Shown here piece by piece: positions 21,089 through 31,768 of a DNA stretch of 64,000 nt. How positions within the stretch are numbered: position 1 is the first letter of the stretch; the number at the start of each line of letters is the position of its first letter. The notes under the pieces are model-generated. The model was not told where the DNA came from, did no database searches, and saw nothing but the letters and a program-made list of their open reading frames with translations. Position numbers and translations under genes: made by a program. The stretch is from an uncultured bacterium (GTDB lineage Bacteria; Desulfobacterota_D; UBA1144; Nemesobacterales; UBA2774). The stretch lies in assembly GCA_963825135.1 (NCBI GenBank), contig CAWGRW010000010.1, positions 128,001 through 192,000 on the forward strand, given 5' to 3'.

Positions 21089-21243
21089 TTGAATCCTCCT
21101 TTAAATAACTTCTACTTCGATTTTACAATATTTTCAGGGGTTTTTCAATGATTTTTAACTAATTTTGTCAGCTGCTTACAGGATCTTAACCTTGCGCGTC
21201 GCCCGCGATAAAGCCGCATCCCTCCATTAACTCCGAACCGCAC

Positions 21244-21657
21244 CTATTCGGGGGTGCAGCCCGTCACTTTTACCGTCGGCACGTTGAACATTAAGAGCCC
21301 GTCGAGGAGGTTATTGACGCAGCCGTTGTACTGGGCCTGTGTGATGCCCTGCCCTCCCCCTGCTCCCCCGGTGCAGGAGCACCCGGTCCCGTCAGATTTG
21401 CAGTGAGCCGCGTAAACGGTCGAATTCGAATCGTTGTAGAGGAGCAGCAGGCCGAACACCGAGTTCGCGCATTCGATGACAGTCGACTGCCCTGCCGTGT
21501 TGACTACGTCCTCCTGGGAGAAGCACGGGCAGGACTCGGCCCCGCCCACCCCTCCGTCGTCGGAGAAGACGTTGTCCCCGCCGCAGCCGGCGACCGCGCC
21601 GAGCGAGATCAGGATCAATACGGGAATAAACAAAACAGTCCTTGGAAGCCTCATCAT
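21244..21657 (-). CDS. Cys-rich lipoprotein
   Basis: VAGC lipobox, several further Cys, AAGGAGG RBS. Confidence 0.75.
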   Translation of the reverse strand: MMRLPRTVLFIPVLILISLGAVAGCGGDNVFSDDGGVGGAESCPCFSQEDVVNTAGQSTVIECANSVFGLLLLYNDSNSTVYAAHCKSDGTGCSCTGGAGGGQGITQAQYNGCVNNLLDGLLMFNVPTVKVTGCTPE

Positions 21658-21829
21658 TCAGCCCTCCTTGCGGGAATTGTTATTTGGAAATTATACCACC
21701 GCTCCTCTCCCGACCTACACTGTCATTGCAAGCTGCATAGCAGCGCGGCAATCTCGTCTTTCCTCTCCGACATTACAGAATTTGCGGCGGGTGAGCACCC
21801 GCAAATTAATTCCCCTCTCCCTTGAGGGA

Positions 21830-21918
21830 ACGGTTCAGAGCAAGCGCATGAACCGGTCGGAGTCACAACGAAACTGATGTAGCCAATTAACTCAGTCTCA
21901 ATGCAACTTAAACTCAAT
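21830..21918 (+). mobile_element. Element X insertion
   Basis: ac-ggttca-gagcaagcgca-tgaacc-gg-tcgg inside a ccctctcccttgaggg REP. Confidence 0.7.
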
Positions 21919-21975
21919 TGGGTATAGGGTGAGGGTGTACCTTATCACTACTATCAATCTAGAAGTCTTTTCTTC

Positions 21976-22101
21976 CCCGACATTACAGAATTTGCGTATA
22001 GAAAATCGATTGTACGAGCGTTAAAAATCTTACGTGGGGTGGGGTTGAATTGGAAGATTTAGCGAGTACATGAGATTTTTAGCACAATTCTGTAGTCGGA
22101 T
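21976..22101 (+). repeat. Element A copy 9
   Basis: Matches consensus. Confidence 0.95.
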
Positions 22102-22415
22102 GATTTTTGCTTCTTTGTATCCAGACAAAGAAGAAAATAATATTGTCTTTGCCTTTTCTTTTCTTTTCTTTTCGAATGATCACGCTATGTATGTTTATCA
22201 AGGAAAAGAAGGATAACAAAACAGTCTCTCACCATTCTTTGTCTTTGCTTTGTCTTTCCGAAAAATCACATTGCGCTTGTGTCGCGGCCGGAAGCCGCTC
22301 CTGCAAGTGATCGAGAATGCAGTATCGCTGAAACACAAAAAAAGCCCCTTTCCTCCACGCCGGAAGAAAGGGGCATTCCCACTCTTTAACTTTTTCTTTC
22401 TATTCTTCTGTGCCT

Positions 22416-22940
22416 TTACGAATTAACAGCCGCTCTCTTCCTTTTCATTGCAAAGAACACGCCGATCAGCACCAGCCCCGCCGCAGCCGAAATCATCCCC
22501 CACTGGGAGAGCGTCGGAACGTTCGATGCCGCCCTCACGTTCGTGATCGTGCAAACCGCAGCCCCGAGCTTCGCGTTCTCACACTCCAGCGTGAAGCCGC
22601 CGTCGAAGTTCGTCACGATGAGTCCACCCAGGCTTTCGCATTCGATCCCGCCGAATATAAAGCCGTTCTGAGGGGCCTCGGTCACGGTGCGGATGAGTCC
22701 TTCTGTGAGAGTCCCGCTGTCGGTCTGGCCGTCCTGGAGGAAAAAGCTGTTCCCGCCCTCCGTCTGAACTACGAACTCGAATTCCTTATCTCCCGCTCCG
22801 GGCGCCGACAACGTTCCGTCTATAAAGCAGCCGAACTCTTCTTCCGCGGCGCTCATGCCCGCCGTAAAGCAATAAACCGGGAGCGACAGCAAAATAGCTA
22901 ATACAAAACTCGATACAGGTATTGATCTCCACTTCATCAT
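22416..22940 (-). CDS. IPTL-CTERM surface protein
   Basis: VPTLSQWG-TM-KRKR. Confidence 0.92.
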   Translation of the reverse strand: MMKWRSIPVSSFVLAILLSLPVYCFTAGMSAAEEEFGCFIDGTLSAPGAGDKEFEFVVQTEGGNSFFLQDGQTDSGTLTEGLIRTVTEAPQNGFIFGGIECESLGGLIVTNFDGGFTLECENAKLGAAVCTITNVRAASNVPTLSQWGMISAAAGLVLIGVFFAMKRKRAAVNS

Positions 22941-23493
22941 TAAATCCTCCTTAAAGTGTTTTTTTCGCGAATAATAACCGAAACTTGTAAATCAAATCTC
23001 CATCGGTTGATGATTACTTAACTGGATACCTGTCCACCGGCCTTTGAATAGACCGCCCCGGCATCGTCCCGGCGCCCGCAATAACAAAATATCACGTGAC
23101 GTAGGACAATAGATATATAAGGCAATACTTGCAGAACTTAATTATGAAGCATCCTCCGGAGATACGACCAAAGACAATCACTAGAAACTACTAATTGAAT
23201 AAATGTTTATCTCATTTTACTACATGCGTACATAAAATACAATAGGGCATCCCGTCAGGTCCCGAATTAACAAAAAAGCCCCTTCCATCCGTCCCGGGAG
23301 AACGGAGCACCGATCGTCTTGTCTTTTCAAACCCAAGGCGAGGAATCTATCTTGCACCCCTTCACCCAGAGCGCACACGAAGTGCGCTGTCGAAGGGTCG
23401 AAGCGTGTGAACTTATTTCCCTCCCCCTTGAGGGGGGAGGGTACGGGTGGGGGTGTCACCTTACACTCAAATCAATCCAGAAAGCCTTTTCTT

Positions 23494-23619
23494 CCCGACA
23501 TTACAGAATTTGCGTATAGAAAATCGATTGTACGAGCGTTAAGAATCTTCCACGGGCTGGGGTTGAATTGGAAGATTTAGCGAGTACATGAGATTTTTAG
23601 CATAATTCTGTAGTCGGAT
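23494..23619 (+). repeat. Element A copy 10
   Basis: Matches consensus. Confidence 0.95.
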
Positions 23620-23804
23620 GATTTTTGCTTCTTTTCATCAAGGAAAAGAAGGATAAAAAAACAGCATCTCACCTTTCTTTTGCCTTTTCGAAGGACCGCA
23701 CTACGTGCGTGTCGCGGCTGGAAGCCGCTCCTACGTTAATCTTCATGTCATTGCAAGCTGTATAGTAGCGCGGCAATCCCACTTTTATATCCTGTATTTC
23801 CCTT

Positions 23805-24320
23805 CTATACCACCTGCGCCCTCTTGCGTTTGACGGCAAAGAACACCCCGACCAATCCTAATCCCGCCGCCGCAGCGATCATCCCCCACTGGGAAAGAGT
23901 CGGGATATTAGAAACTCTCACGTTCACGAACGTGCACTCGCCCTGAACAAACTCCGACGGATTGAGGCAATCGAACGTGAACCCGTCCTCGACCTCGGTC
24001 ACCACAACCCCCGTCCCGGTCTCGCACGATTTGTCCGCCAGCTCCCATCCGGAGTTAGGCAGCTCAGTGAGCGTCACGGGCTCGCCGCTTCCGAAATTGC
24101 CGACACTCGTTTGGCCTCCTATAAATTCGGCGAAAGCCGTATTGCCGCCCACTTCGACCTGGAAGTCAAAAATGAGGCCCTCCCCGCCTTCCGCTATTTT
24201 CGTAACCGCTATTTTGCATGTGCCCTGCGCGCGGCTCTCGCCCGACGTCAGGAACAACACCCCGGTCACGGCTGCAACGAATAAGAAAATGCTGAAAAGC
24301 GGTTTGAACAGCTTGGTCAT
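23805..24320 (-). CDS. IPTL-CTERM surface protein
   Basis: IPTLSQWG-TM-KRKR. Confidence 0.92.
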   Translation of the reverse strand: MTKLFKPLFSIFLFVAAVTGVLFLTSGESRAQGTCKIAVTKIAEGGEGLIFDFQVEVGGNTAFAEFIGGQTSVGNFGSGEPVTLTELPNSGWELADKSCETGTGVVVTEVEDGFTFDCLNPSEFVQGECTFVNVRVSNIPTLSQWGMIAAAAGLGLVGVFFAVKRKRAQVV

Positions 24321-24489
24321 ATCATCCTCCGCATACTCAAATTTTGCTAAATTTTACAACACTTGCTCAAAATTTTCAAAATTAATACAATTTTATCACG
24401 TCCCGTCCCGGAATCATTCGTCATACAGGCCCGCAATCGCCCGGCCGATTACGCTTGCAGTCGCGCCCCAGGCCCGTATCCTATTGACC

Positions 24490-25155
24490 ATGCGTGCCCG
24501 TATCGCGTTTATATCCGCCCTGCTGCTTCTGCTCTTCGCGTCCCCGGCGGCGCGCGGAGCGGACCCCGCGGACACCTCCCTGGTCCCGGGCTCGGACCCG
24601 GCCCATGCGGTCAAGTGCGGCGAAGCGTCGGTTTATGTATATCCCGAATATATCGTATATGCTAGTAAGTCGCCCGCTTTCGAGGGACAGGACATCCGCT
24701 TATTCAAGCCGCGCGCTCCCGTGGACGACCCGTGCTCTCTCGCCTCTCGCCAGGCCTACTACACGATAAACGCCGGGGAGTTCGGAGGGGCGAACACCTT
24801 CATCGGCATGCGCGGAGGGTATCTCTTCATCGACGAGTGGCCGGGGCGCGAGGACAAGCGCTTCCTGGTAATCGACGCGGCGTCCAAGAGCCTCGTGTAC
24901 TTCGACTGGTACGCGGACCCGGCGATAGAGAACGGCAAGCTCGAATACAACCGCGTCATCAAGGCGAGCGGCTCGACGAAAAAGGAGATACCGTGCCCTG
25001 ACGCGGAGAAGTGGGAGAAAGAGGGCCGCGCGGTCCTCTACGTGGAGAAGATGTCGCTTGACCTCACGACCATGAAGGGGACCGATTCAGGCAAGTTCTC
25101 CTGCGAACCCGCCGCTCCGATAACCAAACGGGCCGCCGATTACACGATACACTGA
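24490..25155 (+). CDS. Secreted hypothetical protein, paralog of 4900..5544
   Basis: Start MRARIAFIS; shared motifs with the paralog. Confidence 0.8.
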   Translation: MRARIAFISALLLLLFASPAARGADPADTSLVPGSDPAHAVKCGEASVYVYPEYIVYASKSPAFEGQDIRLFKPRAPVDDPCSLASRQAYYTINAGEFGGANTFIGMRGGYLFIDEWPGREDKRFLVIDAASKSLVYFDWYADPAIENGKLEYNRVIKASGSTKKEIPCPDAEKWEKEGRAVLYVEKMSLDLTTMKGTDSGKFSCEPAAPITKRAADYTIH

Positions 25156-25255
25156 CGCACGCGACGCGCGCTCGTATTTGGTCCTTCCGAAACTCTTACG
25201 CTCAAACCGGCGACGTAGCCAAACCCGTTCGTGCTGAGCTAGTCGAAGCACGTTA

Positions 25256-25379
25256 CCGACATTACAGAATTTGCGTGAAGAAAATCGATTGTACGAGCGT
25301 TAAGAATCTTACGCGGGGTGGGGTTGAATCGGAAGATTTAGCGAGTACATGAGATTTTTAGCAAATTATGTAGTCGGAT
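25256..25379 (+). repeat. Element A copy 11
   Basis: Matches consensus. Confidence 0.95.
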
Positions 25380-25517
25380 GATTTTTGCTTCTTTGTATCC
25401 AGACAAAGAAGAAAATAATATTGTCTTTGCCTTTTCCTTCCTTTGCCTTTTCTTTTCGAATGATCACACTACGTGTGTTCATCAGAGGAAGAGGAGCATT
25501 ATTAGTTGCCTTTCTAT

Positions 25518-25679
25518 TCAAACGTCCCCAAAAGAAAGGCCTACACCATCCGCCACTTTCGTAATGCACAAAGGGCACCCGGCCTGGGCGCGGCTCTCGC
25601 CCGAAGTGAGGAACAACACACCGTTCACGGCCGCAAGGAATAAGTAAATGCTGAATAACGGCCTGGATAGCTTATGCAT
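25518..25679 (-). pseudogene. Truncated N-terminal paralog of IPTL-CTERM gene 23805..24320
   Basis: MHKLSRPLFSIYLFLAAVNGVLFLTSGESRAQAGC...stop vs MTKLFKPLFSIFLFVAAVTGVLFLTSGESRAQGTC. Confidence 0.8.
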
Positions 25680-25862
25680 TTCGTCCTCCGTTAAACAAAA
25701 TATTTAGGGCAACCTACAGTATATGACCGAGTATTCCAATAGAGGTTAACGCGACATAAGCGTATCCCGCCGCCGGTCCAGGCGTTCATGCCCGGATCCC
25801 GCGAGCTCAAGCCCGAGTGTGCGTGCGCCGCGCACGGCGCGAGGACGGAAATTCTGCCCGGC

Positions 25863-26051
25863 TCAATTCTCGGTGATGCCCAGACTCTCTTTCAGGTCCT
25901 CGAAATCGGCCGCGCTTATGTAGTCGAATCCCGAGCCCCTGTCGCGCTGCACCGCGATCCCTACGTCGTTAATTTCTTCGAGTAGTGTATCGATGTCCGT
26001 GCCGAGTATCCGCGCCGCTTTTTCAAGTGTGATTTTCGATTCGCTTCTCAT
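25863..26051 (-). CDS. Small protein, possibly HTH-like
   Basis: MRSESKITLEKAARILGTDIDTLL; ORF extension upstream is repeat-derived. Confidence 0.5.
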   Translation of the reverse strand: MRSESKITLEKAARILGTDIDTLLEEINDVGIAVQRDRGSGFDYISAADFEDLKESLGITEN

Positions 26052-26214
26052 AGGAAAAAGTCTACAGAATGATTTGCGGATTTGGAATATTAATTTTGTC
26101 TCCTTAACCGCGCGTTCACAAAATTTTATCCGCCGCCAAGTCCCGGAAGAAACGGCATCCAAATTCTCTGTCATTGCAAGCTGTATAGCAACGCGGCAAT
26201 CTCGCCTTTTCTTC

Positions 26215-26339
26215 CCCGACATTACAGAATTTGCGTTAAGAAAATCGATTGTACGAGCGTTAAGAATCTTCCACGGGGTGGGGTTGAATTGGAAGATTTA
26301 GCGAGTACATGAGATTTTTAGCAAATTATGTAGTCGGAT
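26215..26339 (+). repeat. Element A copy 12
   Basis: Matches consensus. Confidence 0.95.
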
Positions 26340-26627
26340 GATTTTTGCTTCTTTTCATCAAGGAAAAGAAGGATAAAAAAACAGTCTTTCACCTTATCTG
26401 TGTCTTTGCTTTGTCTTTCCGAAAGATTACATCGCGCTTGTGTCGCGGCTGGAAGCCGCTTCTACAAGTGATTGAGAACGCAGCATCGCTAAAACAAAAA
26501 GCCCCTTTTCTCCACGCCGGAGGAAAGGGGCAACTTTGAAGTCACCCTGAACTGGTTTCAGGGTCCCGGTTTTCCTTTTCTGTCATTCCCGTGAGCTTCT
26601 ATCGGGAATCTCGCTGTTATTTCCCGT

Positions 26628-27140
26628 CTATGCCGCCTGCGCCCTCTTGCGCCTGACGGCAAAGAACACCCCGACCAATCCTAATCCCGCCGCCGCCGAA
26701 ATCATCCCCCACTGGGATAGAGTCGGAATGGGGGACACAGCGGGAAGGTTGGTGACTATGCAGAAGGTCTCCAGACTCGGAGTTTCGCATTCTTCGACCC
26801 ACCCGTCTTTCAGTACATCCAATATGGCCACCCCTCCTCCGGGCTCACATTCTATTCCTCCGAACTTCCACCCCTCTACAGGGACTTCCGTTATTGTCGC
26901 AGGCGCCGTTGACGCTGAGCCCGATGCGGATCCACCGGCTATAATAGAGAATGAAAATGTCTCTCCGTTAGCCTCCACTCCGTTGAAATCAAAACTTTGG
27001 CCTTCCGCCCCGGGTGCTACCTTCGTCACCGTAATTATGCAGCCCTGCGCTCTGCCGTCTTCGGCCGAAACAATTAAAATCAATGGAACCGCGAAAAGCA
27101 CAATTGCAAGAATTAATATAGATTGTAGAAAGTTACGCAT
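26628..27140 (-). CDS. IPTL-CTERM surface protein
   Basis: IPTLSQWG-TM-RRKR. Confidence 0.92.
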   Translation of the reverse strand: MRNFLQSILILAIVLFAVPLILIVSAEDGRAQGCIITVTKVAPGAEGQSFDFNGVEANGETFSFSIIAGGSASGSASTAPATITEVPVEGWKFGGIECEPGGGVAILDVLKDGWVEECETPSLETFCIVTNLPAVSPIPTLSQWGMISAAAGLGLVGVFFAVRRKRAQAA

Positions 27141-27566
27141 ACCTATCCTCCTTTTACAATGTTATCGATTTTACAATATTACCGGCGTACGGTCAACGGG
27201 GTTTAACGTGTCTTCGGGTCATTCAGCTGCCCGGGTGTCCAAAAAAAGCCCCTTTCCTCCGCAACGGAAGAAAGGTGCATCCAAATTCTCTGTCATTCTC
27301 GATTACGATTGTAAGCAACAATTCGCACCAGCGAGAGAAATCTGTTTTAATCCCGTTCACCCTGAGCGCACACGAAGTGCGCTGTCGAAGGTTCTACATT
27401 AATCTTCCTGTCATTGCAAGCTGCATAGCAGCGCGGCAATCTCGCATTTTCTTTTCCCGACATTACGGAATTTGCGGCGGGTAAGCACCCGTGGGCATAC
27501 GATCTCTAACATCCCCCTCAGCTCAACCCAACCCGATCACCCTGAGCCTGTCGAAGGGTGATTATT

Positions 27567-27692
27567 CCCGACATTACAGAATTTGCGTATAGAAAATCGA
27601 TTGTACGAGCGTTAAGAATCTTCCACGGGGTGGGGTTGAATTGGAAGATTTAGCGAGTACATGAGATTTTTAGCACAATTCTGTAGTCGGAT
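27567..27692 (+). repeat. Element A copy 13
   Basis: Matches consensus. Confidence 0.95.
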
Positions 27693-28067
27693 GATTTTTG
27701 CTTCTTTTCATCAAGGAAAAGAAGGATAAATAAAACAGCCTTTCACCTTATCCGTGTCTTTGCTTTGTCTTTCCGAAAGAGCACACTACGTGTGTTCATC
27801 AAGGAAAAGAAGGATAACAAAACAGTCTTTTACCGTTCTTTGTCTTTGCTCTGTCTTTCCGAAAGATTACATTACGCTTGTGTCGCGGCTGGAAGCCGCT
27901 CCTACAAGTGATTGAGAATGCAGTATCGCTAAAACAAAAAGCCCCTTTCCTCCGCAACGGAAGAAAGGGGCAACTTTGAAGTCACCCTGAACTGGTTTCA
28001 GGGTCCCGGTTTTCCTTTTCTGTCATTCCCGTGAGCTTCCATCGGGAATCTCGCTGTTATTTCCCGT

Positions 28068-28592
28068 CTATACCGCCTGCGCCCTCTTCCGCCTGACGGC
28101 GAAGAACACGCCGATCAGCACCAGCCCCGCCGCCGCCGAAATCATCCCCCACTGGGAGATAGTCGGAATGGGGTTCACGGGCACGTTGGTAATTATGCAG
28201 AAGGTTGCCAGATTCGGATTCACGCATTCATTGGACCAGCCGGTCTGCGTCACATCCGTAATGATTAGCCCTCCTCCTTTGCATTCTATTCCCGCGAACT
28301 TCCAGCCGGGAACAGGTACTTCCGTTATCGTGGCGGACTGCGCCGAAACGCCGACTGAAGTCTCACCGACGGTTACAAAAAATGTAAAATCGTCCCCATT
28401 CTGATCCACGCCATTGAACTGGAATTCCTCGCCCTCTGCCCCGGGAGCCACCTTTATCGTCGAAACAGGACACTCTAGTGGCTGCGCGGCGCTGTTCCCG
28501 GCCGAAAACGATAATATCATGGGCATAACAAACAATAGCAAAACAAAGGTTAATAATGATTTCAAAAGTTTACGCATAGCCCTCCTCCTCAT
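28068..28592 (-). CDS. IPTL-CTERM surface protein
   Basis: IPTISQWG-TM-RRKR. Confidence 0.92.
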   Translation of the reverse strand: MRRRAMRKLLKSLLTFVLLLFVMPMILSFSAGNSAAQPLECPVSTIKVAPGAEGEEFQFNGVDQNGDDFTFFVTVGETSVGVSAQSATITEVPVPGWKFAGIECKGGGLIITDVTQTGWSNECVNPNLATFCIITNVPVNPIPTISQWGMISAAAGLVLIGVFFAVRRKRAQAV

Positions 28593-28831
28593 ATTCGAGA
28601 TATGCCATTTTACTCTATCATCGGGGTCCGGTCAATGCGGATTGCGCCTTTTTATGTCCCCTTACAGGGATATATCTCACCCTGCCCCCAACAAAAAAGC
28701 CCCTTCCCCCGCATGGAGGGAAGAGGCTCTTAATTTTTCAGTCATCCTGAGTCGAGCTCAGGATCTCATCTTTTTCTTTCCTGTCATTCCCGACTACGAT
28801 CGGGAATCTCATCTTTAATAAAGTAAAACGT

Positions 28832-29365
28832 CTATACCGCCTGCGCTCGCTTCCTTCTTACAGCATAGAACACCGCTATCAACCCTAACCCACCAGCAGC
28901 AGCGATCATTCCCCACTCCGAGAGCGTCGGGACCCCTGCGATCTGCACATTCGTAACCAGACATTCCGCCTGGCCCGTCTCTTCATCCACGCAATCGATC
29001 GAGAAGCCGTTCGCTATCTCAGTGATGATTACTCCGGGCCCCGTTTCGCATTCTATCCCGCCGAACCTCCATCCGAATTGAGGATCTTCCGTTATCACCG
29101 TAGTCGTTCCGTCTTCGACGCCGAACCCGACATGCTGCCCGTCCGCAAGGGACTCGGAAAATGTGTCGCCGTTTTCATCGACGCCGTTGAATTCGAACTC
29201 CAGATCACCCGCCCCCGGCGCCGACTTGGTAATCAAGATGTCGCAGTCCAGGAACTGTGCGCTTGCGCCGTGCGCGTTAAGAAATAAGATTCCGCATACT
29301 GTTGCGGCCAGTAAAATAAGGCTGAATACGTAATTGCATTTGCTCAGCATATACCCCTCCTTCAA
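28832..29365 (-). CDS. IPTL-CTERM surface protein
   Basis: VPTLSEWG-TM-RRKR. Confidence 0.92.
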   Translation of the reverse strand: MKEGYMLSKCNYVFSLILLAATVCGILFLNAHGASAQFLDCDILITKSAPGAGDLEFEFNGVDENGDTFSESLADGQHVGFGVEDGTTTVITEDPQFGWRFGGIECETGPGVIITEIANGFSIDCVDEETGQAECLVTNVQIAGVPTLSEWGMIAAAGGLGLIAVFYAVRRKRAQAV

Positions 29366-29554
29366 TATTTTGAACCCATTTTACTAAATATGCCGTGCAA
29401 TGTCAATCATAATTCATTGACATTCATGGTTGTACGTCGAAATACGGTCTGTCTGCCGCTCATTTCCTCATACTCCCCGCCGGATTAGCGAGGAGGGAGA
29501 GCGCCGGGGTGAGGGGATACATTTCTATTTCCGTCAATCATGGTTAAATAAGTC

Positions 29555-30064
29555 CTACGCCGTAATTCTTCTCCGCCTCAATGCGAAGAACACGCCTACC
29601 ATCGCCAATCCGGCCCCGGCCGCTATCATCCCCCACTGAGATAGAGTCGGGACGTTCGCGGGCCCTTTGTTGACGAAGGTACAGACCGCGAAGCCGTTGG
29701 TCGAACAGTCGGCTATAACCTGGTTATCGTCATTCACAAACACGGTAAAACCGGAGCTGACGTTTTCACATTTGACTTCGACCAGCTCCCACCCCGCTCG
29801 GTCGAGCTCGGTCACAGTCACGGTCTCTCCGGGTGTTAAAAATTCATTAGTACCGGTGCCGGCCGATAAGGAAAACGGATCATCCGGGTCCTTCGTGGAT
29901 TCCGCGAGAAAATCGAAGGACCCCTCCGGCGGGAACGCCTCTTTAACAATCTCGACCGAGCAGCCCTGCTCGACTGTTCCGGCCGAGGCCTGACGCGGGG
30001 ATACAGCCAACGCGACAAAGAACATAAGGCACAGACAAATTGCGGTTTCAATAAACTTACTCAT
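29555..30064 (-). CDS. IPTL-CTERM surface protein
   Basis: Start MSKFIET after AGGAGG; VPTLSQWG tail. Confidence 0.9.
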   Translation of the reverse strand: MSKFIETAICLCLMFFVALAVSPRQASAGTVEQGCSVEIVKEAFPPEGSFDFLAESTKDPDDPFSLSAGTGTNEFLTPGETVTVTELDRAGWELVEVKCENVSSGFTVFVNDDNQVIADCSTNGFAVCTFVNKGPANVPTLSQWGMIAAGAGLAMVGVFFALRRRRITA

Positions 30065-30108
30065 TGAGCCTCCTTTAAATAGATCATAATTTGAATTTTC
30101 ACTTTTAT

Positions 30109-30642
30109 TTATGCCTCGCCCCGCGCCTTTCTTCCGCGAAGTGCGAAAAACACGCCGACGAGCACAAGCCCCGTCGCCGCCGCTATCATCCCCCACTCAG
30201 AGAGCGTGGGCACGCTTCCGAGCCGTTTATTGAAGAAAGTACATCCTGCGCCGCCGCCGTTGGGAGGACAGAGAATTCGTACGCCGTTCTCGATATTCGT
30301 TACGACCGCCGCGTCCTCGGTCACGCATTCCACATGATCGAGCACCCATCCGCTCAGCAGATCCTCTACTACGTCCACCGAACTTCCAGCGGGACTTGTA
30401 AGACCCTTACCGTCGCCGCTGACAAGGTCGAATTCCGGCGAGCTCGCCGGACCCGTAGTTACAAAGTGGAATTCGGTGCCGTCATCAGGCGTCGCCACTT
30501 TGCTGATGCCGATTTCACAGCCAATCTGGGCATAACTTGTCCCTGGATGTATCGCCGCAAACCCGGCCGCGATAAATATAATTACCAATAAATAAGACAT
30601 ATTACGTATTTGATTCAGGAACAGGCTCGCTATGCTTCTCAT
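30109..30642 (-). CDS. IPTL-CTERM surface protein
   Basis: VPTLSEWG-TM-basic tail. Confidence 0.92.
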   Translation of the reverse strand: MRSIASLFLNQIRNMSYLLVIIFIAAGFAAIHPGTSYAQIGCEIGISKVATPDDGTEFHFVTTGPASSPEFDLVSGDGKGLTSPAGSSVDVVEDLLSGWVLDHVECVTEDAAVVTNIENGVRILCPPNGGGAGCTFFNKRLGSVPTLSEWGMIAAATGLVLVGVFFALRGRKARGEA

Positions 30643-31103
30643 ATTCCCTCCTTTAATTGACAGGCTGTATTATACGATTTTCCGACGAAACTTGCAACCG
30701 CAACTTGTGAGCTCTTAAAGGTGACGGGACACATTGTGATAGCGTCGATTACGGGCCCTGGGAGGAATCGGACGCCCACACACGCACGTAGTGCGTTTCT
30801 ACGATCCTTCCGACTCCTCCGCTTCCACAATACTCCCGTATGTCAGCGGCGACACGCCGCCCCGTTCACCCCGAGTGCAGACGAAGGTTTAAAATTCATC
30901 CCCTCCCCCTTGAGGGGGGAAGGCGAGGATGGGGGTGTCACCATTCATCCATTCAATGATGCTTATATCTTTTCCTTCCCCCGACATTACAGAATTTGCG
31001 GCACACATTGTGTGCTCATATACGATTCTTCCGTAACTCCTCTGCTTTCGGCAGGGAATGAGCCCAACCCGTTCACCCTGAGCACGTCGAAGGGTGATTA
31101 TTT

Positions 31104-31310
31104 CCGACATTACAGAATTTGCGTTAAGAAAATCGATTGTACGAGCGTTAAGAATCTTCCACGGGACGATTCCGAACTAGTAAGGAATCGGACGCCCTAT
31201 CCTTATCAGCAACTTCGGAATTATAATCACGCATCATCAACCCACATCACCATGTGGGGTAGAATTGGAAGATTTAGCGAGTACATGAGATTTTTAGCAC
31301 AATTCTGTAG
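31104..31310 (+). repeat. Element A copy 14 with element X (31166-31253) in its loop
   Basis: 88-nt insertion ac-gattcc-gaactagtaa-ggaatc-gg at the same loop position as in copy 3. Confidence 0.9.
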
Positions 31311-31768
31311 AGTCTTTTCGGAAACACACTACGTGTGTGATTTTTGCTTCTTTTCATCAAGGAAAAGAAGAGATCAGTTTCGTCTTGCCTTTTCCGTGTC
31401 TTTTCGGAAACCCACTACGTGTGTGATTTTCGCTTCTTTTCATCGAGGAAGAGAAGGATAAAAAAAACAGCCTCTCACCTTTCTTTTCTTTGTCTTTTCG
31501 AAAGACCACACTACGTGTGTTCATCAAGGAAAAGAAGGTTTAAAAAAAATAGCTCTTCACCTTTCTTTGTCCCTAAGAACATCGCCAGGCGCATGCAATC
31601 CGATCACGGATGTCGGAGCGGTCATTCACTCCCCATCCAAACGCAGCTCCGCACCGCGCGGAAAAATAAAATTCCCCCGCTCACTCCTCAGAAACAATTA
31701 TGTTGAATTCTCGACCGTCGGTCCGGCGCGCATGGCGCGCGCACGTTCCCCCGACCCGCGGACGAGTG

